Made by a program: the position numbers and the translations under genes | Notes under the pieces: generated by a model | Seen by the model: the letters and a program-made list of their open reading frames with translations, nothing else | Told to the model about the DNA's origin: nothing | Databases searched by the model: none | In this document: piece after piece, positions 43,937 to 54,048 of the stretch | Layout of the letters: the number at the start of each line of letters is the position of its first letter | How positions within the stretch are numbered: the first letter of the stretch is position 1 | Source: Bacilli bacterium | GTDB lineage: Bacteria; Bacillota_I; Bacilli_A; RF39; UBA660 | DNA length: 64,000 bases | Direction: 5' to 3' | NCBI GenBank assembly: GCA_017525035.1 | Contig: JAFXTH010000006.1 | Span: 7,714 to 71,713 of the forward strand

Positions 43937-44989
43937 ATGAAAAAAACAGCTGTAATTAGATACAAAGTTGTAACAGACAAAGCAAACAGAAAAATAGTTA
44001 TAATTTCTGACTTCCATGATTACCCAGGTGGAAGAAAAACAGACTTAGCAGAAAGAGTTAAAGAATTAAAACCAGATTTAATTTTAGTAGCAGGAGACCT
44101 TATTCAAGGTACAAAATATAGAAATCCAGTAACATTAAAACAAATAAGAGATTTCTTAGCAGAGTTATCAGAAGATTGTCCTGTTGTTATTTGTAGAGGA
44201 AACCACGACTTGATTAAATATGACGCTGCTGCCGACGTGGCATATAGATCACTTGAAAGTGCAAGACCTGGTAGAGTATTCCCACTTGAAAACGAAATGG
44301 TTAGTGATAAAGATATTAGAGTAGTTGAATTTACTCCAGGAAGAAAATCATTTGCACCATCTGGACAAGAAAGTGGATTTGCATTACGTGATTTCGTTGA
44401 ATCTTGGGAAAAAAGTGGTATTAAGTTCCAAGAAGATGATAAGTTCTCAATCCTTTTAACACATAACCCTAAGATTGTTGCACAAGCATTAAGTACACAT
44501 GAACAAAAAAGATTAGGTTTTAATTTAGAAATGTTAGGAAGATTAAGAGCAATGGCTAATACATTTAACCAATTTGATATGTTCGCTTGTGGTCACTTAC
44601 ATAGTGGATATAGAAGAGCAGATACAGTAAGTGCTGATCCTGATAAATACATGGATAAAGGATATTGGGAGATGCCAGCAGAAGTGGATATAAATGGTAA
44701 AATGACTTTCTTCCGTCCTTGGATATATAAAGGAACAGACTTCTGCCGTGGAACAAACTATGTAGGAAAAGGTGGAGAAAGAATAATCCAATTAGAAAAC
44801 GGACATTATTATTACTATACTGCTAAAGATGCCGAACCTACACCAATAGATGAAGATATAGCATTAAGAGTAGTTGAAACAAGACATTTAAAACCAATAG
44901 TTATTTCAGGTGGAGTTAATAAATTCTTCGGTTTACCAATAGATAAGAGTGAAATAACTGAAGTTAAAATATTAAAGAAAACTAGATAA
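43937..44989 (+). CDS. metallophosphoesterase
   Basis: ISDFHD, AGDL, GNHD and GHLH motifs. ATG 43937 behind GAGGGGG is preferred. Confidence 0.75.
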   Translation: MKKTAVIRYKVVTDKANRKIVIISDFHDYPGGRKTDLAERVKELKPDLILVAGDLIQGTKYRNPVTLKQIRDFLAELSEDCPVVICRGNHDLIKYDAAADVAYRSLESARPGRVFPLENEMVSDKDIRVVEFTPGRKSFAPSGQESGFALRDFVESWEKSGIKFQEDDKFSILLTHNPKIVAQALSTHEQKRLGFNLEMLGRLRAMANTFNQFDMFACGHLHSGYRRADTVSADPDKYMDKGYWEMPAEVDINGKMTFFRPWIYKGTDFCRGTNYVGKGGERIIQLENGHYYYYTAKDAEPTPIDEDIALRVVETRHLKPIVISGGVNKFFGLPIDKSEITEVKILKKTR

Positions 44990-45031
44990 AGACATAAAAA
45001 AAGAATGTGCCCAGTGCATTCTTTTTTTTTA

Positions 45032-46120
45032 TTATATTAAATTTTTCTTAACGTATTCATTTAAAGGTTTAATTTTAAATGATGGTTCACCAATTAAATC
45101 AGTAGTAACATATCCAGGTTCAGCATCAATAACATCTGGAAGTCTGTTTACAACTGTAGCACACGTTAATTCAACAGTAGCTGGTCTATTAACCACTATT
45201 GTTGTATCTGGTTCACCATAAACAGTCCATTCATTTTTATCAAAATCATCTTTTGAATAAACTTTACCAATACATTCAGATTCAATTGTAATACCTTCTT
45301 CTGTAGTAGTTGTAACTACCGCACTCATTCCAGTGGCATTTCCCTTTGGAATAGTCATACCTAAAGTACTTGACTCTAAATCTTCACTGTGAGTTTGTGG
45401 TACACATTTTTGTGTTTGACCAGTAACAGTTAAACCAAGTTTAGCTGCTAACCATCCGTTAACATTCCACATGTATGAAGGCAAGAATTCGCACTTATCG
45501 ATCTTTTCCTTTCTTTCCTCATCTGTCATATTATCTGCACTTGCGATCTTTTCTTCGAATTCATCTAATGTAAGCCCAGCTCCATGAGCTTCAGCTAATG
45601 CTATTCCGTATTCTTCTACGTTATAGCTAGAACTACCTTTTATTTTAGTAATTCTTTGAGTAGAAGCAGCAATTGCTGCAATTAATTCTCCCCAGTATAC
45701 ATCTTGGTATCCACTACCAGTAATTGTACATCCAGTTTCTCTAGCTATTGCGTTTAAAGCTTTAGTAGATACTGGATTTGAATTAATAGGGAAGAATGCT
45801 TCTTCACATGTTGTAATAGCGTTTATACCTAATTTTGCGCATAGCTCTAAAGAAGAGTACAAGTCATTAATTAAACTCATTGTGGTTACAATACAAATAT
45901 CTGGCTTAGTTTCTTTTAACATCTTTTCAGCATCATTAACAGATGTTATTAAAACTCCAGTAGGATTTCCACCTAAAATTTCAGAAATATCTTTTCCAAT
46001 AATTTCTGGATTAATATCGATTGCACCTACAATCTCGCACCCCTTTTCAAGAGCGTATCTCATAGTGTATAAACTCATTTTTCCTACACCATACTGTACT
46101 ACTCTTATTTTCCTTTCCAT
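45032..46120 (-). CDS. DapB-like NAD(P)-binding oxidoreductase (amine-dehydrogenase family)
   Basis: N-terminal IRVVQYGVGKMS Rossmann motif and the overall length and pattern of the dihydrodipicolinate-reductase-like amine dehydrogenases. Tentative. Confidence 0.5.
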   Translation of the reverse strand: MERKIRVVQYGVGKMSLYTMRYALEKGCEIVGAIDINPEIIGKDISEILGGNPTGVLITSVNDAEKMLKETKPDICIVTTMSLINDLYSSLELCAKLGINAITTCEEAFFPINSNPVSTKALNAIARETGCTITGSGYQDVYWGELIAAIAASTQRITKIKGSSSYNVEEYGIALAEAHGAGLTLDEFEEKIASADNMTDEERKEKIDKCEFLPSYMWNVNGWLAAKLGLTVTGQTQKCVPQTHSEDLESSTLGMTIPKGNATGMSAVVTTTTEEGITIESECIGKVYSKDDFDKNEWTVYGEPDTTIVVNRPATVELTCATVVNRLPDVIDAEPGYVTTDLIGEPSFKIKPLNEYVKKNLI

Positions 46121-46289
46121 ATCTACCTCCTATTTAACTAAAATATACAACACGTTTTTAATTTTAACAATAAATATCAAGATATATTTTTCGTCAAAAT
46201 GTAAAGAAATGTGAATAAAAAAATATGCTTAAATTGCTTTTTTTTAAAACGATATGTGTTATAATATTGTAATGAAAAAGAGGGATAGT

Positions 46290-46583
46290 ATGAAGAAATT
46301 ATCTAAAGAAGAAGTATTACATGTTGCTCACTTAGCAAGAATTAACCTTGAAGATGAAGAAATAGAAAGATACGCTAATGATTTAGGTAAGTTATTAGAA
46401 GACATTGACAAGATTAAAGATATAAAAGGCTATGATGATGAAATGATGATATCACCTGTAGAATATAATAGTGATTTAAGACCTGATGTTGAAGGTAAAA
46501 TGTTAGATTATAAAACTGCAATGAAGAATGTTCCTCATTCTACAGGAAATTTTGTGGAAGTACCGGTGATGTTAAATGAGTAA
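46290..46583 (+). CDS. gatC: Asp/Glu-tRNA amidotransferase subunit C
   Basis: EEVLHVAHLARINLEDEE...LRPD. Overlaps gatA by 8 nt. The listed start 46254 lies inside the TGTTATAAT promoter. Confidence 0.9.
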   Translation: MKKLSKEEVLHVAHLARINLEDEEIERYANDLGKLLEDIDKIKDIKGYDDEMMISPVEYNSDLRPDVEGKMLDYKTAMKNVPHSTGNFVEVPVMLNE

Positions 46584-48033
46584 TTATTTAGATTTAAGTA
46601 TAAAAGAGATAAATAATCTATTAAAATCTAAAAAGATTAAACCGATAGATTTAGTAGAAGAAGCATTTGATAGAATTGAAAAAAGTTCTAGTTTAAACTG
46701 CTTTATAACATTAAATAAAGAAGCAGCATTAAAACAGGCTAAAGAATTAGAAGATAAAGAAGTAGATAATTTATTCTTTGGTATTCCTATTGCTATTAAA
46801 GATAATATTTGTACAAAGGGTTTAAGAACTACTTGTGCATCTAAGATGCTAGAAAACTTTGAACCTATCTATGATGCAACTGTTATTGAAAAAATAAATG
46901 AGAAACATATGATCATAATAGGTAAAACAAATATGGATGAGTTTGCAATGGGATCTTGTTCTAAAACAAGTTATTTTGGAGCACCTCGTAATCCATGGAA
47001 TGAAAGTAAAATAACTGGTGGATCTAGTGGAGGAAGTGCAGCTTGTGTTTCAGGAAGACTTACTCCAATTGCCTTAGGTAGTGACACTGGTGGATCAATT
47101 AGACAGCCATCATCATTTTGTGGTGTAGTAGGGCTAAAACCTACATATGGAAGAGTATCAAGATTTGGTTTAATTGCATATGGTTCAAGTTTAGACCAAA
47201 TTGGACCAATAACTAGAAATGTAGAAGAAAATGCAGAACTTTTAAACATTATTTGTGGAAAAGATGAAAAAGATTTAACTAGCGCAAAACGCGATAGTGA
47301 GGACTTCACAAGATTAATAGGTAAAGATATTAAAGGAATGAAAATAGCAGTTCCTAATTACTTTGTATCAGATATTGTATCAAAAGAAGTATTAGATGTA
47401 TTTAATAAGACAGTTGAAACTTTAAGAAATTTAGGGTGCACAGTAGATTATATAGATATGAAATACTTAGAAAATGTTGTAACAATATACCAGATTATTA
47501 CAATGGCTGAAGCAAGTGGTAACTTAGCTAGATTCGATGGAGTTAAATATGGATATTCTTATCCGAACCCTAAAGACTTGGAAGAATTATATACAAAAAC
47601 AAGACAACTTGGTTTTGGAGATACAGTAAAGAAAAGAATTATGGTTGGTTCATTCATACTTAGTGGTGAGAATGCAAAAATATATTATGATAAAGCATTA
47701 AGTATCAGAGATGATATTAAGAAAAGCTTTGATATGGCATTTGAAAAATATGACTTTGTAATTGGACCGGTTGTAACATCAGAAGCATATGACTTAGATG
47801 AAGAATTTCCAGATCCTTCAAAAAGCTTTATGGATGACGTATTAGTAATGCCAGTTAATATGGCAGGACTTCCTGGATTAAGTCTTCCAGTTGGGTTTTC
47901 TCCAAATCATCTTCCAATTGGTCTTCACGTTATGGCACCAAGATTTGAAGAAGCTAAATTATATCAATTTGGAGCTTTCTTAGAAAAAGAACTTAATTTA
48001 AATCTAGATCCAAGAGGTGATAAAAATGAGTAA
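46576..48033 (+). CDS. gatA: Asp/Glu-tRNA amidotransferase subunit A
   Basis: Amidase signature GGSSGGSAACV...GSDTGGSIRQPS. Confidence 0.95.
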   Translation: MSNYLDLSIKEINNLLKSKKIKPIDLVEEAFDRIEKSSSLNCFITLNKEAALKQAKELEDKEVDNLFFGIPIAIKDNICTKGLRTTCASKMLENFEPIYDATVIEKINEKHMIIIGKTNMDEFAMGSCSKTSYFGAPRNPWNESKITGGSSGGSAACVSGRLTPIALGSDTGGSIRQPSSFCGVVGLKPTYGRVSRFGLIAYGSSLDQIGPITRNVEENAELLNIICGKDEKDLTSAKRDSEDFTRLIGKDIKGMKIAVPNYFVSDIVSKEVLDVFNKTVETLRNLGCTVDYIDMKYLENVVTIYQIITMAEASGNLARFDGVKYGYSYPNPKDLEELYTKTRQLGFGDTVKKRIMVGSFILSGENAKIYYDKALSIRDDIKKSFDMAFEKYDFVIGPVVTSEAYDLDEEFPDPSKSFMDDVLVMPVNMAGLPGLSLPVGFSPNHLPIGLHVMAPRFEEAKLYQFGAFLEKELNLNLDPRGDKNE

Positions 48034-49438
48034 CTATAAAACAACTGTTGGAATAGAAGTACATGCTGAATTAAAAACAAAAACAAAAATATTTTCAGAT
48101 AGTGCTAACCATTATGGTAAAATGGCTAATACATGTACAAATGTTATAGATCTAGGTTATCCTGGAACTCTTCCTACAATGAATGAAGAAGTTATTCATT
48201 TAGGTCTAAGAGCAGCTTTAGTGCTTAATTGTGAAATTAATAAACATATGCATTTTGATAGAAAAAACTATTTCTATCCAGATAATCCAAAGAATTATCA
48301 GATTACTCAAAATAGAACACCTATTGGAGTAAATGGATATGTTGAAATTGATACAGAAAATGGTAAAAAGAAAATAAGAATACACGATATTCATATAGAG
48401 GAAGATACTTGTAAGAGTATCCATGCTGATAAAAAATCAATGCTTGATTACAATAGAGCAGGAGTACCTCTTGTTGAAATAGTAACTGAAGCAGATATGA
48501 ATAGTGCTGAAGAAGCAGTTAAATATCTTGAAAAACTAAGAGAATTACTTTTATATGCTGATGTTTCAGATTGCAAAATCGAAGAAGGAAGCATGAGATG
48601 TGATTGTAACGTTTCTGTTAGTAAAACAGATAAATTGAATACTAAAGTAGAAGTTAAAAACATTGGATCAATATCTAATGTTGGAGTAGCAATTAAATAT
48701 GAAGAAGAAAGACAAATCGCTTTATATGAAAAAGGTGAAACATTCAAAGAACAAACAAGAAGATTCGATGATAAAACTATGTCTACAATATTAATGAGAG
48801 TTAAAGAAACAGGAAATGATTATAGATATTTTCCTGAACCAGATATCCCTTTTGTAGATTTAACTGATGAATATATAAAAGAAACAAAAGAAAATCTTCC
48901 AATGTCAGCAGAACAAAGAAGAGAAGTGTATAAAGAAGCTGGAATTAACGATATTAATGTTGAAAAAATTATTCAAAATAGAAATATTTCAGATTACTTA
49001 AATAAGTTTATTAAAAAGATTAACTTAGTAATTGCAAGTAATTTATTACTTGGGGATATAGCAGCATACTTAAATAAAACAGAAATGAATTTAGATCAAA
49101 CTAAACTTACAGATGAAAAGTTTGAAGATGTTGTTAACTATTTAGATAGTGGTAAGATTAATAGTAAAATTTTCAAAGAAATACTTGATGATGTTATGGA
49201 ATCTAATGATTCTATAGACAAAATCTTAGATAATCATAATATTAAACAAATGGGTGAAGACGAAGTAATAGATATTATCAATACTGTTATTGAAAATAAT
49301 CCACAAAGTGTTCAAGATTATAAAAATGGTAATGAAAGAGCTATTAAATTCCTTATGGGTCAAATAATGAAAGAAACAAAAGGTAATGCTAATCCACAAA
49401 TGGTTACTGACAAGTTAACAGAATTATTAAATAAATAA
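48026..49438 (+). CDS. gatB: Asp/Glu-tRNA amidotransferase subunit B
   Basis: TTVGIEVHAEL, NRAGVPLVEIV and C-terminal GatB/YqeY domain. Overlaps gatA. Confidence 0.95.
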   Translation: MSNYKTTVGIEVHAELKTKTKIFSDSANHYGKMANTCTNVIDLGYPGTLPTMNEEVIHLGLRAALVLNCEINKHMHFDRKNYFYPDNPKNYQITQNRTPIGVNGYVEIDTENGKKKIRIHDIHIEEDTCKSIHADKKSMLDYNRAGVPLVEIVTEADMNSAEEAVKYLEKLRELLLYADVSDCKIEEGSMRCDCNVSVSKTDKLNTKVEVKNIGSISNVGVAIKYEEERQIALYEKGETFKEQTRRFDDKTMSTILMRVKETGNDYRYFPEPDIPFVDLTDEYIKETKENLPMSAEQRREVYKEAGINDINVEKIIQNRNISDYLNKFIKKINLVIASNLLLGDIAAYLNKTEMNLDQTKLTDEKFEDVVNYLDSGKINSKIFKEILDDVMESNDSIDKILDNHNIKQMGEDEVIDIINTVIENNPQSVQDYKNGNERAIKFLMGQIMKETKGNANPQMVTDKLTELLNK

Positions 49439-49513
49439 CTACGCAAGTAGTTATTTTTATTTACAAAAATTAGAAACAAAAATATAATTAAAGTAGAAAG
49501 ATAGGTGACTATT

Positions 49514-50203
49514 ATGGAAATAGCTGAAGAGAATTTAAAAGAATTACATGCTCTACCAGGTGAGCCGTTAGATGTATTTTTATATAACATGGAAGAGTTA
49601 AGAGCAATTGGATTTGAAGTAACCGGAGTATATAATGGAGTAAGATTTAATAATATGGCTTTTGCATCAGCCAAAGCATCTTACTTAGATGCAGCAAGAA
49701 ACACAATTGTAGATAAAGAAAAGTTAGAGCAAAGACGCGATAAAATAAGAAAAAGAGCAATTGAAATAATAAAAGGTTTTGTTAAAATAAATCAAGGAAA
49801 CACACATTTAAGCACAGATGAAATAATTTCGTTTATAAGAATGATTGCATCAGTAACAAGACTTACGGATGGCTTTGAGATTCCTAAAGACGTTTGTGAA
49901 GATGTTATCAGATTGTTACAATCTTTAGGATATGAACCAATTGAACCAGAAAAAGCTTTCCAAAGAACAGGTGAAGCAAAGAAGGAAGGAAATGTTGGTA
50001 TCAGAGTATGGGAACATTCTGTATATATACCTGAAACAGAAGTACCTGGTCTTCGTAGTGCCTTCCGTGAAGAATTTTCAACATACGTTATTAGAAACGC
50101 TATGGCACAGCTTAGAGAAGGTTCTATTGATAAGCGAATTGAAGACTTCTGCTTTGAAGCAGGCGAAAAAAATAGAACAGATCCAAGAAGTTTTGATAAG
50201 TAA
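49514..50203 (+). CDS. hypothetical protein
   Basis: 230-aa ORF. ATG 49514 behind TAGGTGA. No recognisable motif. Confidence 0.5.
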   Translation: MEIAEENLKELHALPGEPLDVFLYNMEELRAIGFEVTGVYNGVRFNNMAFASAKASYLDAARNTIVDKEKLEQRRDKIRKRAIEIIKGFVKINQGNTHLSTDEIISFIRMIASVTRLTDGFEIPKDVCEDVIRLLQSLGYEPIEPEKAFQRTGEAKKEGNVGIRVWEHSVYIPETEVPGLRSAFREEFSTYVIRNAMAQLREGSIDKRIEDFCFEAGEKNRTDPRSFDK

Positions 50204-50334
50204 AAGAAAAGTATCTAGAAATAGATGCTTTTTTTATTATGAAATATAGTTATTTTGTCTTCAAAATATTTCCTTTTTGTTGTATAATTAATATACAAAC
50301 GTGTAAAGAGAAAAGTAATATATGAGGTGATTAC

Positions 50335-51081
50335 ATGGAATACATAAAGAAACACAAATTAACATCATTTATAATTTTAGTATATATAATAGTAATAGCA
50401 TTTGGCTTTTTTGTATACAATCTATTTATAGGTAGTAGTGGACTTCCTGTATATGGAGATAGACTTGACGGAATCGAGGATGTACCAATTACAGAAGAAC
50501 AAACAAAAAAGATTGTCAGTGAGTTAAAAAGCGAAAAGATAGTAACAAAAGTAAAAGATCCATATTTAAGTGGTAAAATCTTCAAAGTTATTATTACTGT
50601 TACAGATGATGCTGATTTAAAATCAGGTAAAGCATTAGCAAGTAAAGTAACAGCAGTATTAACAGAAGAACAAAAGAAATTCTACGATGTTGAAATTTTT
50701 GTAACAAAAGAATATTCTTGTACTTTAGAGGCTACTGGTAAAGTAGATGAAGATGGTAACTTTACTGATGATGTAGTAGTTACATTCCAAAAGAAATTAG
50801 GAGATGTTGAGTCAGTCTTAGAATATGGAATGGCTTCTAAAGATTCAAAAGATTACAATAAAGAAACAAAGATAACAATTACTAAAGATGGAGAACACAT
50901 TATCTATGGTTATACAAAAGATAAAGGTGGAGAATACAAGTGCAGTATCAAAATAGTTAAGAAATCAGCAGAAAGCGCTGTTAAAACAGAAACTATCAAT
51001 TCTATTAAGAGTAGAAACTATCCAATCATTGGATATCAAAAACAAGGAACAAATAAGATAGTTTGGACAAAAGATAGATAG
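50335..51081 (+). CDS. hypothetical membrane-anchored protein
   Basis: GAGGTGA RBS, one N-terminal TM helix, soluble beta-rich remainder. Confidence 0.55.
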   Translation: MEYIKKHKLTSFIILVYIIVIAFGFFVYNLFIGSSGLPVYGDRLDGIEDVPITEEQTKKIVSELKSEKIVTKVKDPYLSGKIFKVIITVTDDADLKSGKALASKVTAVLTEEQKKFYDVEIFVTKEYSCTLEATGKVDEDGNFTDDVVVTFQKKLGDVESVLEYGMASKDSKDYNKETKITITKDGEHIIYGYTKDKGGEYKCSIKIVKKSAESAVKTETINSIKSRNYPIIGYQKQGTNKIVWTKDR

Positions 51082-51095
51082 AAATAGGTGAAACG

Positions 51096-53144
51096 ATGAA
51101 ATTAAAGAAAAAATGGATAATAGGGATATTGGTTGTAATTCCACTAGCTATTTTTATAGGTTTATTCTATTACTTCTATGGTGAAGATAAAAATTCATTC
51201 ACAGTAGCAGATAATAAATGGATTGAAAAGCATTTATCAACAATAATAGATTTTAATGTTATAAGTGACTATCCTGTATATAGTGATGGAGTATTTAAAA
51301 AGTTTATTGATGATTTTAGTGAAGATACTAAATTTGAATTTAATACAATTCAAAGAGGAAAAGAAGAAGATACAACATCAACTGGTTATAGATTTAGAGT
51401 ACTAAATAATCAAGATCAATTAACTGACAATGATTTACTATTACAAGAAGATGTTTATGTATTGTTTGGTAAAACAAGTGAAAGAGTAGATTCAATTAAA
51501 GATGTTGGTGCTAAAACTATTGGAGTTTTAGAAAGTGACTCAGATGAAATTATCTATTATTTAAAATCATATAGTGATCTTAAATATAAAAACTATGAAA
51601 CATCAGAAGAACTATTTAAAGCTTATGAAGATGATAAAGTAGATTTAATAATTGTTCCAAATACAATGTATTTAAATCAAACATTATTAAATGAAAAATA
51701 TAACATAAAATATATCTTTACTGAAATAAATAAGAAACTAGTATTAACTCTTGCAGATGATAAAAACAATGAAGAGATGAATAATATAGTTAGAAAGTAT
51801 TTCAATAACTGGAAAAAGAAGAAATACATAGAAACATATAATAAATCAGTATTAAATTATTATTTAGAAAAAGCAGATGTTTCAGATAAAGATAAAACTG
51901 AATTTTTAACAAAGACATATACTTATGGATTTGTAGAAAATTATCCATATGAAGTATTAAGAAAAGGTGACTTTAATGGTATTGCAGCAGAATACGTTAA
52001 TAGAATGTTACGTCTTGCTAATACTGATTTCATAACATTTAAAGAATATGATACTATCGATGAATTAAAAAAAGACATCGATGCAGGTGAAGTAGATATT
52101 TATTTCAATTATTACGATTATGAAAATAATGATTATAAATCAACTATTTCAACTTTTGTTGAAAAATATGTTGTTCTTGCTGAGGATGAAGATGAGTTTG
52201 TAGTTAATAGCTTCGAATCAATGAAGAACAAAAAAGTATCAATAATGATTAATAATTCTATTTACAATTACTTTAAAGATAATAGTAAAGCGCAATTAGT
52301 GCCTTCAGAAACAATTAGTGAATTACTTGATAATGGAGAAGATTCTTTAATTGTTGTTGATAAAGAAGTTTATGAATATTACAAGAATAGCAAATTCAAG
52401 AATTATAGTGTACTATTTGAATCAACAATAACAAACGAATATAAGTTCATGATTCACAATGATGATAGTAATAAAGTATTCTATGATATCTTCAATTATA
52501 TAATTGGAACAAACTCATATTACAATTACAGAAATACTGGACTTAATGAATTAAATGCTTCAGTACTTGAAAAAATATCATTTGAAGAATTATATGTAAT
52601 CTTATTATGTGTTGTATTGATTCCAATTATTGTAATGACAATACTATATTTTGCACTTAAGAGAAGAAAACAAGTAAAACAAATCAAAAAAGAAGACAGA
52701 AGAAAGTATACAGATATGCTTACTTCATTAAAGAATAGAAACTATTTGAATCATAATATAAAAGCATGGAATGATTCTCAAAAATATCCACAAGCTATTA
52801 TATTGATAGATTTAAATAATGTTAAATATGTTAATGACAATTATGGTCATGAACAAGGAGATAACTTAATTGTTGGAGCAGCAAGTATCTTAATTAATAC
52901 TCAACTTGAAAACAGTGAAATTATAAGAAGCGATGGTAATGAGTTCTTATTATACCTAGTTGGTTATAGTGAACAACAAGTATCAACATATTCTAAAAAG
53001 TTAGCAAAAGAATTTAAATCACTTCCATATGGATTTGGTGCTGCAGTAGGATATAGTATGATCTTAGATGAAATTAAAACTATTGATGATGCTATCAATG
53101 AAGCAACAATTGAAATGAAAAAGGATAAAGAAGAATACAAATAG
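51096..53144 (+). CDS. membrane protein with two periplasmic SBP-like domains and a degenerate GGDEF domain
   Basis: C-terminus YTDMLTSLKNRNYL...LIDLNNVKYVNDNYGHEQGDNLIV...IIRSDGNEFLLYL. The GG(D/E)EF position reads DGNEF. Confidence 0.75.
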   Translation: MKLKKKWIIGILVVIPLAIFIGLFYYFYGEDKNSFTVADNKWIEKHLSTIIDFNVISDYPVYSDGVFKKFIDDFSEDTKFEFNTIQRGKEEDTTSTGYRFRVLNNQDQLTDNDLLLQEDVYVLFGKTSERVDSIKDVGAKTIGVLESDSDEIIYYLKSYSDLKYKNYETSEELFKAYEDDKVDLIIVPNTMYLNQTLLNEKYNIKYIFTEINKKLVLTLADDKNNEEMNNIVRKYFNNWKKKKYIETYNKSVLNYYLEKADVSDKDKTEFLTKTYTYGFVENYPYEVLRKGDFNGIAAEYVNRMLRLANTDFITFKEYDTIDELKKDIDAGEVDIYFNYYDYENNDYKSTISTFVEKYVVLAEDEDEFVVNSFESMKNKKVSIMINNSIYNYFKDNSKAQLVPSETISELLDNGEDSLIVVDKEVYEYYKNSKFKNYSVLFESTITNEYKFMIHNDDSNKVFYDIFNYIIGTNSYYNYRNTGLNELNASVLEKISFEELYVILLCVVLIPIIVMTILYFALKRRKQVKQIKKEDRRKYTDMLTSLKNRNYLNHNIKAWNDSQKYPQAIILIDLNNVKYVNDNYGHEQGDNLIVGAASILINTQLENSEIIRSDGNEFLLYLVGYSEQQVSTYSKKLAKEFKSLPYGFGAAVGYSMILDEIKTIDDAINEATIEMKKDKEEYK

Positions 53145-53152
53145 AGGTAATT

Positions 53153-54010
53153 ATGAAAGAAAAAGTAAAAAGATTCTTACATTACTTATATGTCAGTATT
53201 AGAAAGCCAGAAATGGAGGTTTTGCCTGGAAATCTGGCCTTTTTCTTTATGATGATGATTATCCCATTATTAACCATAATAGGAACAGTTATTGCAAATC
53301 TTGATATAGCAGATAGATCATTAACAGAAACAATATACGCTAATTTTCCAAATAATATTGCTGATTTAATAACATCTATTATGGCAGAAGGATCATCTAC
53401 AGTAAGTGTTTGGGCAATCCTTATTGGTTCACTTTTACTAGCATCAAATGGAACTTATTCAATGATAGTTACATCTAACTCAATATATGGTATAAAGAAA
53501 AGTAGCGCGATTAAAAATAGAATAAAATCAGTTGTTCTAGTAATAGTACTTGTACTTTTATTCACATTATTGTTGATAATTCCTGCAATAAACTCAAAAG
53601 TACTTGGATTAATTGCTAGATTAACTAAAACAAATATGGCTACTAACATATATTTCATGCTTTATAAAGTATTGAAATATCCAATCTTATTCTTATTTGT
53701 ATTCATATTTGTTAAAATATTATATAAATTTTCACCTAGTGGAAAAAATAGAAAAAGGACAAGTTATGGAGCAGTATTTACTTCAGTTCTTTTAATGATT
53801 TCTACATGGTTTTATTCAATATATATTGAGTATTTTTCAGATTTTGAGACATTGTATGGTGGAATTTCTAACATCTTATTCTTGATGTTATGGATTAATT
53901 TGATTACATACATATTCGTGCTTGGAATGAATCTTAATGCAGCACGCGAAAAAATGATTTTAGAAGATAAGGCTAAAGAAGAAAAAAACGTTGATAAGAT
54001 TGAAAAATAA
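53153..54010 (+). CDS. YihY/BrkB-family membrane protein
   Basis: LPGNLAFFFMMMIIPLL start and a 6-TM architecture typical of YihY. Confidence 0.7.
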   Translation: MKEKVKRFLHYLYVSIRKPEMEVLPGNLAFFFMMMIIPLLTIIGTVIANLDIADRSLTETIYANFPNNIADLITSIMAEGSSTVSVWAILIGSLLLASNGTYSMIVTSNSIYGIKKSSAIKNRIKSVVLVIVLVLLFTLLLIIPAINSKVLGLIARLTKTNMATNIYFMLYKVLKYPILFLFVFIFVKILYKFSPSGKNRKRTSYGAVFTSVLLMISTWFYSIYIEYFSDFETLYGGISNILFLMLWINLITYIFVLGMNLNAAREKMILEDKAKEEKNVDKIEK

Positions 54011-54048
54011 ATAGTATTTTGCTATAATTTACTAGGCGAGGTAGTGCT

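Noticed and set aside
46121-46289. Leaders upstream of gatC, dxs (38609-38670), fhs (41431-41492), thiI (56832-56864) and ackA were checked by eye for T-box, riboswitch or attenuator structures.
   Set aside because: The leaders are short (30-170 nt). They contain only TGnTATAAT promoters and RBS. No specifier or T-box motifs, or conserved riboswitch cores, were recognised.
34283-50203. The hypothetical genes 34283-34966, 43937-44989 and 49514-50203 looked somewhat more GC-rich than their neighbours, suggesting possible horizontal acquisition.
   Set aside because: This is an impression by eye only, and I cannot compute windowed GC or codon statistics here. No flanking repeats or mobility genes are present.
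49932-50249. A 105-aa ORF overlapping the 3' half of 49514-50203 in another frame on the same strand.
   Set aside because: It has no RBS and is fully nested in the longer ORF. Its only extension is across the terminator region.
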